NCBI GenBank assembly: GCA_964022095.1
Contig: CAXHZO010000028.1
Coordinates: 1-17,458 of the forward strand
Source of the DNA: an uncultured Arcobacteraceae bacterium
Lineage (GTDB): Bacteria > Campylobacterota > Campylobacteria > Campylobacterales > Arcobacteraceae
Length of the DNA stretch: 17,458 nucleotides
Direction of reading: 5' to 3'
Shown: positions 17,407 through 17,458 of the stretch, in pieces
How positions within the stretch are numbered: the stretch's first letter is position 1
Layout: the number at the start of each line of letters is the position of its first letter
Translations under genes and position numbers: made by a program
The notes under the pieces: model-generated
Database searches by the model: none
What the model was told of the DNA's origin: nothing
Seen by the model: only the letters and a program-made list of their open reading frames with translations

Positions 17407-17458
17407 GGTTCGATAGCTCAGTCGGTAGAGCAAAGGATTGAAAATCCTTGTGTCGGCA
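17407..17458 (+). tRNA. tRNA-Phe (GAA), truncated by the window end
   Basis: Acceptor 5' strand GGTTCGA, TA, D-arm GCTCAGTCGGTAGAGC, anticodon arm AAGGA-TTGAAAA-TCCTT with GAA at 17440-17442, then the start of the T-arm. Confidence 0.96.

Noticed and set aside
1..17458. Genomic island, prophage, CRISPR or defence system flanked by rRNA and tRNA
   Set aside because: No integrase, transposase, direct repeats, repeat-spacer array or evident compositional shift; content is almost all housekeeping. The tRNA 3' end, where islands usually insert, is outside the window.

Overview
AT-rich, gene-dense core-genome region from a Campylobacterota bacterium. Gene content and order, the futalosine-type MqnA and the Phe-substituted GlnA suggest Arcobacteraceae; this is inference. 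The window runs from the 3' end of a 5S rRNA gene to the 5' part of a tRNA-Phe(GAA). It holds scattered cell-wall and division genes (ftsI divergent from ftsW-murG, uppP, PBP1A, mraY-murD), a cyclophilin, mqnA, a tightly coupled moaD-moaE-(REC-REC-GGDEF)-PHP phosphatase run, glnA, an orphan peptide/nickel-type ABC ATPase and gpmI. I see no mobile element, CRISPR array, prophage or defence system, and I cannot support a clearly new biological system. The points most worth checking are: an unannotated 48-aa ORF with its own -10 box, RBS and stop-to-stop hairpin; a dual-receiver diguanylate cyclase without an I-site, coupled to molybdopterin synthase genes; symmetric paired -10 boxes at all three divergent junctions, including a possibly leaderless ftsW; and a palindromic candidate operator upstream of glnA.
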